Below are positions 48,363-58,057 of a DNA stretch of 64,000 nt, piece by piece. The first letter of the stretch is position 1. The number at the start of each line of letters is the position of its first letter. Source of the stretch: an uncultured Chloroflexia bacterium (GTDB taxonomy: Bacteria; Chloroflexota; Dehalococcoidia; DSTF01; JALHUB01); the NCBI GenBank assembly GCA_963703345.1, contig OY969814.1, forward strand, positions 288,001 through 352,000, written 5' to 3'. Both the position numbers and the translations under genes were made by a program. The notes below the pieces were generated by a model, which saw only the letters and a program-made list of their open reading frames with translations, ran no database searches and was not told where the DNA came from.

Positions 48363-48532
48363 TACAATCCCCCGGAAGCAGGATTCACGGGCAAAAGCAT
48401 TGTAGGAGGGGCACGACGCGGGCGTCAACTGGTGCGCTGGTGCCGCTGATTCCGCTGAGCGCAACACGATGCGTTGCGTCACGTCGCTGGCGCGCGTCGC
48501 GGGCCCCGAGCTTCGTGGGATGGGAATAAACA

Positions 48533-48725
48533 ATTCTGAGGGATAAATCCCTTCCTGCGGCGGGCAGGCGGTGGCAGCTTTTCCCAGGCGACGGCGGCGC
48601 GAGTCCAGATCAGTTGAGCTGCGGGTTTCAACGCGCAGACCTGAGGAAAGCACCGCCCGATGCCTCGCTGGCTCGGGGTGGAAGCTGTAGTGATTGATTA
48701 CAATTCTGAGGGATAAATCCCTCAG
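48533..48725. repeat. Two family D palindromes (48533-48551 partial, 48703-48725 complete)
   Basis: ACAATTCTGAGGGATAAATCCCT occurs twice, 170 bp apart. Confidence 0.8.
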
Positions 48726-48875
48726 CTTTTCTGGGATTAACGCCGGCGTTTGGTGGTTGGGGGCGCGAAGTCGGGCCTGCAAGACGGGAACAGCGGGCGC
48801 TGCGAGGATGCTTCGACGCAGCACAGGCAGAGCGGTTGTAGCGCGGTCGTCGATGAGCTATTATGAGGGTTAGAC

Positions 48876-48996
48876 CAAGGTTTTCGGGAGCTGGGGGATC
48901 TCGCCTGAGGCGGGAGGGCCCGGCTGAGAGGGTGGCCGTAGCACCGCCACCGACCGTTCGAACCTGACCTGGGTAATGCCAGCGTAGGGAGAAGTA
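48876..48996 (+). ncRNA. TPP riboswitch
   Basis: GGGAG..GGCTGAGAG..GACC..AACCTGA.CTGGGTAATGCCAGCGTAGGGA upstream of thiD. Confidence 0.95.
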
Positions 48997-49051
48997 AGCG
49001 CTACTCGTCCCTGCGACGGCCGGCGCTTTTTGTTTTGTCGGGAGTCCATCG

Positions 49052-49858
49052 ATGCGGACGGCGATGACAATTGCAGGCTCCGATTCCAGCGCAGGCGCCG
49101 GCATCCAGGCGGACCTGAAGACGTTCGCCGCGTTCGGTGTCTACGGGACGTCGGTGGTGACGGCGATAACGGCGCAGAACACGCTGGGCGTTAGCCGCGT
49201 CGAGACGTTGTCGCCAGAGATTGTCGCGGCGCAGATGGACGCTGTGCTGAGCGATATCGGCGCGGACGTGGCGAAGGCGGGCATGCTCGGCAGCGCCGCC
49301 GTCGTCGAAGTCGTGGCGTCGAAGCTACGGGAATATGGGTTGACGCAGTTCGTGCTCGACCCCGTGCTCCGCGCATCGGACGGCAGCCCGCTGCTGGAGA
49401 CGGACGGCATCGACGCGCTGCGGAAGAAGCTACTGCCGCTGGCGCTGGTCGTGACGCCGAACGTCGAGGAGGCGGGCGCGCTGGTGGGACGCCGCCTGGA
49501 GGGACGCGAGGACGTGTGGCAGGCGGCGCGGGAGATCGTGGCGATGGGCGCGCGGAACGTCGTCATCACGGACATCGCGCCGGACGGCCCGGCGGTCGAC
49601 CTGTTCTTCGACGGCCAGCAGCAGCACGAGTTCGCGGCGGCACGGGTGGACACGACGAATACGCACGGCACCGGCTGCGCATTCTCGGCGGCTCTCGCCG
49701 CTTCGCTGGCGAAAGGATCGGCGCCGCGGCAAGCGGTGGCGATGGCGAAGGCCTATGTCACCAAGGCGCTGCAAATGTCGTACCCGCTGGGCACGGGACA
49801 CGGCCCGCTGCATCATTTCTTTCGCTACTGGCAGGACATAGAAGGCAGTAACCGGTAG
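49052..49858 (+). CDS. thiD: HMP/HMP-P kinase
   Basis: IAGSDSS.GAGIQADLKT, TAQNT, DPV, TPN..EA, HGTGC. Confidence 0.94.
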   Translation: MRTAMTIAGSDSSAGAGIQADLKTFAAFGVYGTSVVTAITAQNTLGVSRVETLSPEIVAAQMDAVLSDIGADVAKAGMLGSAAVVEVVASKLREYGLTQFVLDPVLRASDGSPLLETDGIDALRKKLLPLALVVTPNVEEAGALVGRRLEGREDVWQAAREIVAMGARNVVITDIAPDGPAVDLFFDGQQQHEFAAARVDTTNTHGTGCAFSAALAASLAKGSAPRQAVAMAKAYVTKALQMSYPLGTGHGPLHHFFRYWQDIEGSNR

Positions 49859-49885
49859 GCTTGGGGCGGAAGCCGGAGGCGCATC

Positions 49886-51226
49886 ATGGCGACAGGGAAA
49901 GCGACAACAAACGGGGCCGGCACGCAGATGAGTTGCGCGCGCCAGGGCATGGTGACGGAGCAGATGCGCATCGTCGCGGCCAAGGAGGGGCTGGAGCCGG
50001 AGGCGGTGCGACAGGAGGTCGCGGCCGGGCGGCTCGTCATCCCGGCGAACGTAAACCACGCCGCGCTCAGCCCGATCGGCATCGGCGCCGTCGCCGGCGT
50101 GAAGATAAACGCTAACATCGGCAACTCGGCGCTCTCGTCGGACATCGAGACGGAGCTCTGCAAGCTTCACGTGTCGATAAACTTCGGCGCAGACACCGTG
50201 ATGGACCTCAGCTCCGGCGGCGACATCGACGCCATTCGCCGGGCGATCATCGAAGCCAGCCCGCTTCCCGTCGGCACGGTGCCGATCTACCAGGTGGCGG
50301 CGGATCTGGAACGCATGGAGGACATGACCGCCGAGGCGCTGTTCGAGATGATCGAGCACCAGGCGGAGCAGGGCGTCGACTTCATGACTGTGCACTGCGG
50401 CCTCCTGCGCGAGCACGTCCCGCTGACGCAAAGGCGCGTCACCGGTATTGTCAGCCGCGGCGGCGGGCTGCTGGCGCAGTGGATGATGCATCACAATCGT
50501 CAGAACCCGCTATACGAGCGCTTCGATGAGCTCTGCGACATCGCGCGGCGCTACGACGTAACGCTTAGCCTCGGCGATGGCCTGCGTCCGGGCTCGCTCA
50601 TCGACGCCAGCGACGCGGCGCAGTTCGCCGAGCTGGAGACGCTGGGAGAGCTGACGGAGCGCGCCTGGGCCAAAGACGTGCAGGTGATTATCGAAGGGCC
50701 CGGGCACGTGCCGCTGGACCAGATCGAGATGAACGTTAGGCGGCAGCAGGAGGTGTGCCACGGCGCGCCCTTCTACGTCCTCGGGCCGCTGGTGACGGAC
50801 GTTGCGCCCGGCTACGACCACATCACGTCGGCCATTGGCGCAACGCTGGCCGCCTACGCCGGCGCCAGCTATCTTTGCTACGTCACGCCGCGCGAGCATC
50901 TCGGGCTGCCGAGCCTGGAGGACGTGAAGATCGGCGTAGTGACGTACAAGATCGCCGCGCACGCCGCCGACGTTGCCCGCGGCCGCAAGGGGGCGCGCGA
51001 CCATGACGACGCTATGTCCCGCGCCCGCTACGCCTTCGACTGGGAGCGGCAGTTCGCGCTGTCGCTCGACCCGGAGACGGCGCGTCGCATGCACGACGAG
51101 AGCCTGCCGGAGGGCTATCCAAAGGCCGGCAACTTCTGCTCGATGTGCGGGCCGAAGTTCTGCCCGATGCGCATCAGCCACCAGATGAATGAGGCATTGG
51201 CGGCGGAAACGGAGAAGAGCGGCTAG
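49886..51226 (+). CDS. thiC: Phosphomethylpyrimidine synthase
   Basis: [42 protein letters not shown]. Confidence 0.98.
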   Translation: MATGKATTNGAGTQMSCARQGMVTEQMRIVAAKEGLEPEAVRQEVAAGRLVIPANVNHAALSPIGIGAVAGVKINANIGNSALSSDIETELCKLHVSINFGADTVMDLSSGGDIDAIRRAIIEASPLPVGTVPIYQVAADLERMEDMTAEALFEMIEHQAEQGVDFMTVHCGLLREHVPLTQRRVTGIVSRGGGLLAQWMMHHNRQNPLYERFDELCDIARRYDVTLSLGDGLRPGSLIDASDAAQFAELETLGELTERAWAKDVQVIIEGPGHVPLDQIEMNVRRQQEVCHGAPFYVLGPLVTDVAPGYDHITSAIGATLAAYAGASYLCYVTPREHLGLPSLEDVKIGVVTYKIAAHAADVARGRKGARDHDDAMSRARYAFDWERQFALSLDPETARRMHDESLPEGYPKAGNFCSMCGPKFCPMRISHQMNEALAAETEKSG

Positions 51227-51651
51227 TGGAGCTTTCCTACCCAAAGTACACGGCGATCCTGGCGTCGGCGGCGGTTATCGTCCGCGACGGGCGGTTGCTG
51301 CTGCTGGAGGACCGCTGGGGCCGCTGGGGACTGCCATCGGGCTTCCTGGAGAAGGGCGAATCGGTGGAGGAAACGCTGGCGCGGGAAATACTGGAGGAGT
51401 TGGGCGTGCCCGCTCGCATAGTCGCGCCCTTCGGCGTCGAGATCGATTGGGCGGGACCGGAAGGGAGCGTTTTCGTCCTCGTGCATTTCGCCGTCGAGCT
51501 CCTGAGCGAGGATTTCGCGCCGAACGAGGAGGTCGTGCGGTACGCCTGGGTGCCGCCGGACGAGGTCGGGCGCTACAACGTCTGGCCCAACGTGCGGCGA
51601 CTGGCGGAGCGCATGCTGGCGGATTCCGGGGTCGCTTCGGGCGGCCCTTAG
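51226..51651 (+). CDS. NUDIX hydrolase
   Basis: P.G..E.GE..EETLAREILEELG Nudix box; overlaps the thiC stop. Confidence 0.9.
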   Translation: MELSYPKYTAILASAAVIVRDGRLLLLEDRWGRWGLPSGFLEKGESVEETLAREILEELGVPARIVAPFGVEIDWAGPEGSVFVLVHFAVELLSEDFAPNEEVVRYAWVPPDEVGRYNVWPNVRRLAERMLADSGVASGGP

Positions 51652-51666
51652 CGAACAGGCGAGAAG

Positions 51667-52470
51667 ATGGAAGAAGATTACCTGGAGATTGCGGGCAAGA
51701 AGTTCCGGTCGCGGCTGCTGGTCGGGACCGGCAAGTACCGAACGCCGGAGGAGATGGCGGCGGCGCTGGAGGCTTCCGGCGCGGAGATCGTGACGGTGGC
51801 CATCCGGCGCCTGGACCTCGACAACCCGGCGCAGAAGACGCTGCTCGACCACATCGACTGGCGCCGCTACACGATCCTGCCCAACACAGCGGCCTGTCGC
51901 ACGGTCGAAGAGGCGCTGTTCACGGCGCGCCTGGGACGGGAGGTGACCGGCTCGGACTGGGTGAAGCTGGAGGTCGTGCCGGACCCGAAGTACCTCCTGC
52001 CGGACCCGATCGCGACGCTGGAGGCGGCGAAAACGCTGGTCGCCGAAGGCTTCGTCGTTCTGCCGTACATCCACGCCGACCCTGTGCTGGCGCGGCGACT
52101 GCAGGACATCGGCTGTGCGACGGTCATGCCGCTGGGCTCGGCGATAGGCTCCGGGCAGGGCATATTGACAGCGGAGGAGATACGCATCATCGTTGAGCAG
52201 GCGACAGTGCCGGTCGTCGTTGATGCCGGCCTGGGCGCGCCTTCGGACGCGGCGCTGGCAATGGAGCTGGGCGCCGACGCTGTGCTCATGAATACCGCAC
52301 TGGCAGAGGCGGGCGATCCCGCGCTGATGGCCGCCGCCCTGCGCAAGGGAGTCGAGGCCGGGCGCGAGGCCTACCTGGCCGGCCGGATTCCGAAAAAACG
52401 CTACGCTTCGGCGAGCAGTCCCATGGAGGGAGTAGCGGGCCGAGTGGCGACGACAGGAGGAAAAGGATGA
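51667..52470 (+). CDS. thiG: Thiazole synthase
   Basis: SRL.VGTGKY, PNTA, WVKLEV, MPL.S.IGSG.G, DAG.G.PSDA. Confidence 0.97.
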   Translation: MEEDYLEIAGKKFRSRLLVGTGKYRTPEEMAAALEASGAEIVTVAIRRLDLDNPAQKTLLDHIDWRRYTILPNTAACRTVEEALFTARLGREVTGSDWVKLEVVPDPKYLLPDPIATLEAAKTLVAEGFVVLPYIHADPVLARRLQDIGCATVMPLGSAIGSGQGILTAEEIRIIVEQATVPVVVDAGLGAPSDAALAMELGADAVLMNTALAEAGDPALMAAALRKGVEAGREAYLAGRIPKKRYASASSPMEGVAGRVATTGGKG

Positions 52471-53156
52471 CCACGTTTATCGCCAGCAGGATGGGACGCC
52501 TGCGCCTGCCGAGCCTCTGGCTGGTGACGGACCGCCGCGTCTGCGCCGACAAGACGCTGGACGAGGTCGTTTCGCAGGCCATCGAGGGCGGCGCGAACGT
52601 TATCCAGATGCGCGAGAAGGACCTGCCGGCGGCCGAGCTGTTCGCTCTGGGCGTGCGTCTGCGGGCGGTAACAAAGAATCGGGCACTGATACTGATAAAC
52701 GACCGCGTGGACGTCGCACAGGCCTGCGGCGCCGACGGAGCGCAGTTGCCGGAGAACGGCCTGCCCACCTCCGTCGCCCGCTGGGTGATGGGGCGACACG
52801 CGGTCCTCGGGCGCTCCGTGCACGACGTGGAAGCGGCGAAGCAGGCCGAGGCCGACGGAGCGGACGTCGTCGTTGTCGGTCCCGTCTTCGAGACCGGGTC
52901 GAAGCCGAACGCGAAGCCTTGCGGCACGGAGACGCTGAGGGAGATCGCGGAGGCGGTGCCGTTGCCGGTAATCGCCATTGGCGGCATCAAGCCGGAGAAC
53001 GCCGGCGACGTGATAAGGGCGGGAGCGGCGGGCGTCGCCGTCATCTCCGCGATCTGCGCGGCGGAAGACCCGCGGGCGGCGGCGAAAGCGTTGACGGAGG
53101 CGATGGGCGAGGCCTGGCGCGAACGGCTGCTGGCAAGAGCGAAGGCGAACGCATGA
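52467..53156 (+). CDS. Thiamine phosphate synthase-like (ThiE/TenI family)
   Basis: QMREK, IND.VD, GRSVH, GPVFET.SK, AIGGI. Confidence 0.88.
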   Translation: MTTFIASRMGRLRLPSLWLVTDRRVCADKTLDEVVSQAIEGGANVIQMREKDLPAAELFALGVRLRAVTKNRALILINDRVDVAQACGADGAQLPENGLPTSVARWVMGRHAVLGRSVHDVEAAKQAEADGADVVVVGPVFETGSKPNAKPCGTETLREIAEAVPLPVIAIGGIKPENAGDVIRAGAAGVAVISAICAAEDPRAAAKALTEAMGEAWRERLLARAKANA

Positions 53157-53356
53157 TAGGCGTGACCGTCAACGGAAAGCGCCGGGAGATCGACGACAAG
53201 ACCGACCTGGCCGCCTTGCTGCAGTCGCTGGAGGTCGACGCCCGTGGCGTCGCGGTGGCGTGCAACGCCGAGATCGTGTCGCGCGAGGCGTATGCGACGG
53301 TCAGGCTGCGCGAAGGCGACAGCATAGAGATCGTGCGCATGGTGGGCGGCGGTTAG
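53153..53356 (+). CDS. thiS: Sulfur carrier ThiS
   Basis: VNG, AVA.N.EIV, D.IEIV..VGGG C-terminus. Confidence 0.96.
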   Translation: MIGVTVNGKRREIDDKTDLAALLQSLEVDARGVAVACNAEIVSREAYATVRLREGDSIEIVRMVGGG

Positions 53357-53366
53357 CGAGGCCTCA

Positions 53367-54527
53367 ATGTCGTCCGGCGGTTCCTTCGACGTGATTGTTG
53401 TCGGTGGCGGCGTCATCGGCTGCGCTATCGGCTACTACCTGGCGCGCGAGGGTGTGGCGGTTGCCGTTGTTGAACGCGGCGAGATCGGCTGCGAGGCGTC
53501 GAGCGCGGCGGCGGGCATGCTGGCGCCGCTGGCGGATGTCGAAGAGGAAGGCCCTTTTCAGGAAATCGCCGTTGCCGGTCTGCGCCTGTTCCCAGCGCTC
53601 GCGGAGACGTTGCGCGCGGAGAGCGGCGTCGACATCGAGTATTTGACGTCCGGCATCCTGCGCGTGGCGTCGAGCGAAACGGAGGAGCTACGCCTTCGCG
53701 CGCTGGCGCGACGTTCCGTCGGCCTGGCGCTCCACTGGCTGTCGCCGAAGGAGGCGCACTCGCTCGAACCGGCGCTGTCGACGGAGATCCGCGGGGCGCT
53801 GTACTCGCCGGAGGAACACCAGGTTAGCGCCGACCGATTGGTGCGCGCCTTCGCTCGCGCTGCGGCCGCATACGGCGCGACGCCGTGCCGGAATCGCCGG
53901 GTCGATGGGCTTCTGACGAGAGGCGAGAGCGTCATCGGCGTCCGGACATCGGATGGGCCGATGAACGCCGGGCACGTGGTGCTTGCCGCCGGTCCCTGGA
54001 CGGGGCGGGTCGCCGGATTGCTCGGAGTCTCATTGCCTGTCTTTCCGGTGCGCGGCCAGATGACGGCGCTGCCGGGGAAGTCGCTGCTCCGTCACATCGT
54101 CTGGGGCGAAGACGGCTATCTCGTGCCGAAGGCGAACGGGCTGGTCTTCGCCGGCGCGACGGTGGAGAACGTGGGCTTCCGGCGACAAACGACTGCCTCA
54201 GGCATCCAGGGGCTGCTAACGATGGCGGTGACGCTGGTGCCCCGACTAGCCTTCGCGGCGCCCGTCGATGCCTGGGCCGGCCTTCGCCCCGGTTCCGCCG
54301 ACGGCCTGCCGCTGCTCGGCCCGCTGCCCAGATGGGAAGGCGTGAGCGTCGCGACGGGACATTATCGCAACGGCATTCTTCTCTCCGCCATAACGGGCCG
54401 CCTGATCACGCAGTCGATAGTCGATGGGCTGGCGGACGAGACGTTGGCGCCGTTCAGCCCGGCGCGATTCGGGGACGCGCTATCTAACGACGCGGGCAAG
54501 ATGCCCGCTCTACGCGGAAAAACGTGA
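53367..54527 (+). CDS. thiO: Glycine oxidase
   Basis: GGGVIG, AS.AAAGML, PVRGQ, YLVP, WAGLRP, GHYRNGILL. Confidence 0.95.
   Translation: MSSGGSFDVIVVGGGVIGCAIGYYLAREGVAVAVVERGEIGCEASSAAAGMLAPLADVEEEGPFQEIAVAGLRLFPALAETLRAESGVDIEYLTSGILRVASSETEELRLRALARRSVGLALHWLSPKEAHSLEPALSTEIRGALYSPEEHQVSADRLVRAFARAAAAYGATPCRNRRVDGLLTRGESVIGVRTSDGPMNAGHVVLAAGPWTGRVAGLLGVSLPVFPVRGQMTALPGKSLLRHIVWGEDGYLVPKANGLVFAGATVENVGFRRQTTASGIQGLLTMAVTLVPRLAFAAPVDAWAGLRPGSADGLPLLGPLPRWEGVSVATGHYRNGILLSAITGRLITQSIVDGLADETLAPFSPARFGDALSNDAGKMPALRGKT
54492..54517. repeat. GTAG-type REP element at the thiO/thiE convergent ends
   Basis: GCGGGCAAGATGCCCGCTCTACGCGG identical to 57965-57990. Confidence 0.85.
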
Positions 54528-55142
54528 CGCGAGGCTGCGCGCCGCGTCTTCGATGTCGTCAGCGTGGCAGACGGCGCTGATGACCGCAACAGCGTCGGCG
54601 CCGGCCGCGATCACAGCGTCGACGTTCTCCTCGCTTATTCCGCCTATCGCGACCAGCGGCAGGCTTATCGCCGCTCTGACCGCGCGCAGCCGCTCCAGGC
54701 CGGCGGGACGCGTGTCCTCCTTCGTCGCGGTGGGGAAGATGCTGCCCACAGCCACGTAGGCGGCGCCCTCGCGCTCCGCCTGCTGCGCCTCCTCAACCGT
54801 GTTCGTCGACGCGCCCAGCAGGAAACCCGCGGGCAGCCACGGCCGCACCAGCGAAAGCGGCAGGTCGCGGCGGCCGAGATGGGCGCCGTCGGCGGCGAGG
54901 GCCAGGGTCAAGTCGACGTGGTCGTTGACGAACAACAGGGCGTCGTGCGCGCGGCAGAGGTCGCGGATGGCCCGCGCGTCGGGGAGCTGGTCACCCTTGT
55001 CGCGGGCCTTGTCGCGCCACTGGAGGATGCGGGCACCGCCGGCCAGGGCGAGGCGGGCGACTTCGACGGGGTCGCGGCCGCGCGTCTGCTGCGGGTCGAT
55101 GATGACGTAGAGGCCACGAATTGGACGTTCCGCTATGGCCAT
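54510..55142 (-). CDS. thiE: Thiamine phosphate synthase
   Basis: GLYVI.D, QWRDK, VND..D, G.HLG, GAST, GSIFPT.TK, AIGGI; own ATG at 55142. Confidence 0.9.
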   Translation of the reverse strand: MAIAERPIRGLYVIIDPQQTRGRDPVEVARLALAGGARILQWRDKARDKGDQLPDARAIRDLCRAHDALLFVNDHVDLTLALAADGAHLGRRDLPLSLVRPWLPAGFLLGASTNTVEEAQQAEREGAAYVAVGSIFPTATKEDTRPAGLERLRAVRAAISLPLVAIGGISEENVDAVIAAGADAVAVISAVCHADDIEDAARSLASRFSA

Positions 55143-56180
55143 TGCAGTTGCCCGTCCTTGTAGATGTCGCGGAGAAAGCGGTCGCTGAAGCCGGTTGAAC
55201 GCGTCGACCGGCTTGGTGATAGCGCCGAATTCGTGCAGCGAGGCGTCGAGCGCCTGCCATTGCGCCACGGTCTGCCAGCCGAGGCCGTTCTTCTGCGTAG
55301 CGTCCGAGTCGGCGGCCCCCAGCTCCGTGTCGAGCATAAAGCGCTGGTGCTCACGCTCCTGGCCCGGCGCGTACTTGAGGACGATGTCGATCGCTTCGTC
55401 ACGATTGTCGCGCGCCCATTCGATGCCGTGCAGCACGGCCTTGAGGAAGCGCTCCACCACGTCGGGATGCTGGTCCGCGTAGTCCCGGCTGGTGATGTAG
55501 GTCAGGCCGAGCGTGGGCATGCCGAAGTCGGCGGCGCTGAACACCTTCACCTCTTTGCCCAGCTTGCGTCGAATCGTGTCCGGCTCGTTGGAGAGGAAGA
55601 CAGGGTAGACATCGACGCGGCCTTCGACGAGGAGCTGCGGCGGCTCGTAGCCGATGTTCTGCGCATTCACGTCGCTGAGCGTCATGCCGCGCGCCTTGAG
55701 TATCGCGGGCAGGTCCGGCGGGACGGTGCTCCGATAGCCGACGGTCTTGCCCCGCCAGCTCGCCGGGTCGTCGAGGCCCGAGCCCGCCAGCGTCACCCAG
55801 CCCTGCTGGCCGGTCTGGCCGATGAGGGCGATGGAGAGTAGCGGCAGGCCCGGGTCGGCGATGCGCTGGAGGACGTTCGCGGCGTCGGCGGTGGTGAACT
55901 GCACCTGACCGCTGAGGAGGAGCTGGATATGCTGGCTGCCGCCGGACGAGTGCTGCATGTCAACGTCCAGCGCCTCGTCGGCAAAGAAACCCTTCTCCTT
56001 CGCGACGTAGGCTCCGACGAAGGGCAAGTTCGCCTGAGGCGTGAATCCGGCCATGAACGTGATCTTTTCCGGCGCCAGCGTCGCGGCGGGTATTTGCGCA
56101 GGCGCGGCCTTCCGTTCGCTGCCGCAGGCGGCAAGGGCAAGGACAACGATGACGAGGATCAGCCAACGGCAGGTTTTCAT
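55133..56180 (-). CDS. NMT1/THI5 (ThiY-like) ABC substrate-binding lipoprotein; apparent +1 frameshift near 55198
   Basis: LAAC lipobox, GF.PQANLPF, KGFF; natural C-terminus GFSDRFLRDIYKDGQLQWP lies in another frame. Confidence 0.8.
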
Positions 56181-56190
56181 AGAGGTGTCC

Positions 56191-57033
56191 TCACAGGTCG
56201 AGCGTCGATTCGTGCCAGAAGAGAAGCCGCCGCTCGACGACGGCGACGGCCAGGTAGAGCCCGATGCCCATCGCGGCGAGCGAGACGACGGCGGCGAAGG
56301 CGGTCGGCATGTCGACGTTGCTGTTCGCTACCTGGATGACGCGCCCCAGGCCCTGATCGCCGCTGAACCATTCCGCGACGACCGCGCCGATGACGCTGAG
56401 CGGTATCGACACCTTGAAGGCGGCGAAGAGGTACGGCAGCGCGCTCGGCAAGCGCAGCTTGGCGAGAATCTCCCAGGCCGAGGCGTCGAGGGAACGCAGG
56501 TATTGGAGGGCCCAGGGGTTGACGGAGCGGAGACCGATGACGGCGTTCACCATCACCGGGAAGAAGACGATGAGGGCGACGATGAACAGCTTCGGCGCGA
56601 GCCCGAAGCCGAACCAGACGGCCAGCAAGGGCGCAATCGCCACTATCGGCGTCACCTTGACCATGATCGCCAGCGGGAAGAGGCTGCGCTCGAGGAAGCG
56701 AGAGTGGGCCATCGCGACGGCCAGCAACAGGGCGACGGCGGCCCCCAGGGCGAAGCCGGCAAGCGCGCCGGAGAGCGTGACGGCGCCCTGTCGCGCGAAG
56801 AACGCGGGGTCCTCGGCCAGACGCTGGGCGATGGCGGAGGGCGGCGGCAGCAGGTACTCCGGCACATCGCGCAACCGCACGAACGTCTCCCAGGCCGCAA
56901 GGGCGGCGGTCAGCGCCAGGAGCGGCGGCGTCAGGGCGCGCAGGAACGGCCGAGGCCCCTGCGGGCGAGGCGTCGCGCCCGCAGGGGCCTCGGCGCAAAT
57001 TCGGGCGTCCTTTTCGATGAGCGGGCGGTCCAT
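56191..57033 (-). CDS. ABC transporter permease (SsuC/ThiX-like)
   Basis: LP.PS.I, P.VAIAPL, FFP...N...G, LP.ALP, GAVVAEW. Confidence 0.93.
   Translation of the reverse strand: MDRPLIEKDARICAEAPAGATPRPQGPRPFLRALTPPLLALTAALAAWETFVRLRDVPEYLLPPPSAIAQRLAEDPAFFARQGAVTLSGALAGFALGAAVALLLAVAMAHSRFLERSLFPLAIMVKVTPIVAIAPLLAVWFGFGLAPKLFIVALIVFFPVMVNAVIGLRSVNPWALQYLRSLDASAWEILAKLRLPSALPYLFAAFKVSIPLSVIGAVVAEWFSGDQGLGRVIQVANSNVDMPTAFAAVVSLAAMGIGLYLAVAVVERRLLFWHESTLDL
56949..56994. repeat. Perfect 19-bp inverted repeat within the permease N-terminus
   Basis: GCCGAGGCCCCTGCGGGCG-8nt-CGCCCGCAGGGGCCTCGGC. Confidence 0.85.
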
Positions 57034-57036
57034 CCG

Positions 57037-57825
57037 TCAAGTGCTCCTTAGGAGGGCGCGAAGTTCGGCGGCATAGCGGCGGAACTGGTCGCTCGCCTCC
57101 GTCTCTTCCGTCCGCGGCCGCGGCAGGTCGATGTCGACGACCGTCTTCAGCCGGCCCGGCGCGCTGGTCAATACGGCGACGCGGTCGGCGAGGAGCACGG
57201 CCTCGGCGATGCTGTGGGTGACGAAGATGACGGTCTTGGGAGCGGCGCCGTCGCTCAGGGGCGACTGCCAGATGCGCAGCAGCTCATAGCGAAGGGCCTC
57301 GCGCGTGATCTCGTCGAGGGCGCCGAACGGCTCGTCCATGAGCAGCAGCGACGGGTTGAAGACGAGCGTTCGCGCCAGGGCGACGCGCTGCTGCATGCCG
57401 CCGGAGAGCTGTCGCGGGTAGTAATCGCGGAACTCCTCCAGACGCATGAGGTCCAGCAGTCGCTCAGGGCGCATCGAATGCGCGCCGTTGCGGCGGTTCA
57501 CTTCCAGCGGCAGGCGGACGTTTTCAAAGACAGTACGCCAGGGGAGGAGCGAGGCTTCCTGGAAGACGTAGCCGATCTGCTTCCGACGCGTCGCCATGGC
57601 GGGCGGCCGGCCGGCGATGCGAACGCTTCCCGACGTGGGCGGGAGAAGGCCGCCGATGGCGCGAAGGAGCGTCGTCTTGCCGCAGCCGCTGGGGCCGATG
57701 ACCGCGAGGAACTCGCCGGCGGCGACGGAGATGGTGACGTCGGCGAGGGCGGTCAGGGCGCGGCCGTTGTCGCGGAAGGTCTTCGACAGGGCCGTTGCTT
57801 CGACGAGGGGTAATCCATCACCCAT
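57037..57825 (-). CDS. ABC transporter ATP-binding protein (SsuB/ThiZ-like)
   Basis: GPSGCGKTT, LSGGMQQR, MDEPFGALD, FVTH. Confidence 0.95.
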   Translation of the reverse strand: MGDGLPLVEATALSKTFRDNGRALTALADVTISVAAGEFLAVIGPSGCGKTTLLRAIGGLLPPTSGSVRIAGRPPAMATRRKQIGYVFQEASLLPWRTVFENVRLPLEVNRRNGAHSMRPERLLDLMRLEEFRDYYPRQLSGGMQQRVALARTLVFNPSLLLMDEPFGALDEITREALRYELLRIWQSPLSDGAAPKTVIFVTHSIAEAVLLADRVAVLTSAPGRLKTVVDIDLPRPRTEETEASDQFRRYAAELRALLRST

Positions 57826-57933
57826 GAGCGCCTCGATAGGAGTGTGTCTTGCTGAAGGGAAGTGCCGGCGGCTCCGACAAGTCCATTCTATGTCGGTCGC
57901 CTCGCGCCTGACAACGGCTCTTTCCCTCGCGCA

Positions 57934-57990
57934 GGTCGGGCGTCTCGCCCGACCGTTCTTTCGAGCGGGCAAGATGCCCGCTCTACGCGG
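57934..57990. repeat. Hairpin GGTCGGGCG-TCT-CGCCCGACC plus second GTAG-type REP copy
   Basis: GAGCGGGC-AAGAT-GCCCGCTC-TAC at 57963-57986. Confidence 0.8.
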
Positions 57991-58057
57991 GGATGGCCTC
58001 ACGCCTGTCCTTGACAGTGGATGCTTTCGCCTGCTACGAATAGGTTGAAGGGATGCG

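Noticed and set aside
57826-58057. Second TPP riboswitch ahead of the ThiY-like ABC operon
   Set aside because: No CTGAGA or AATGC..GCG.AGGG core on the minus strand; only REP-like hairpins.
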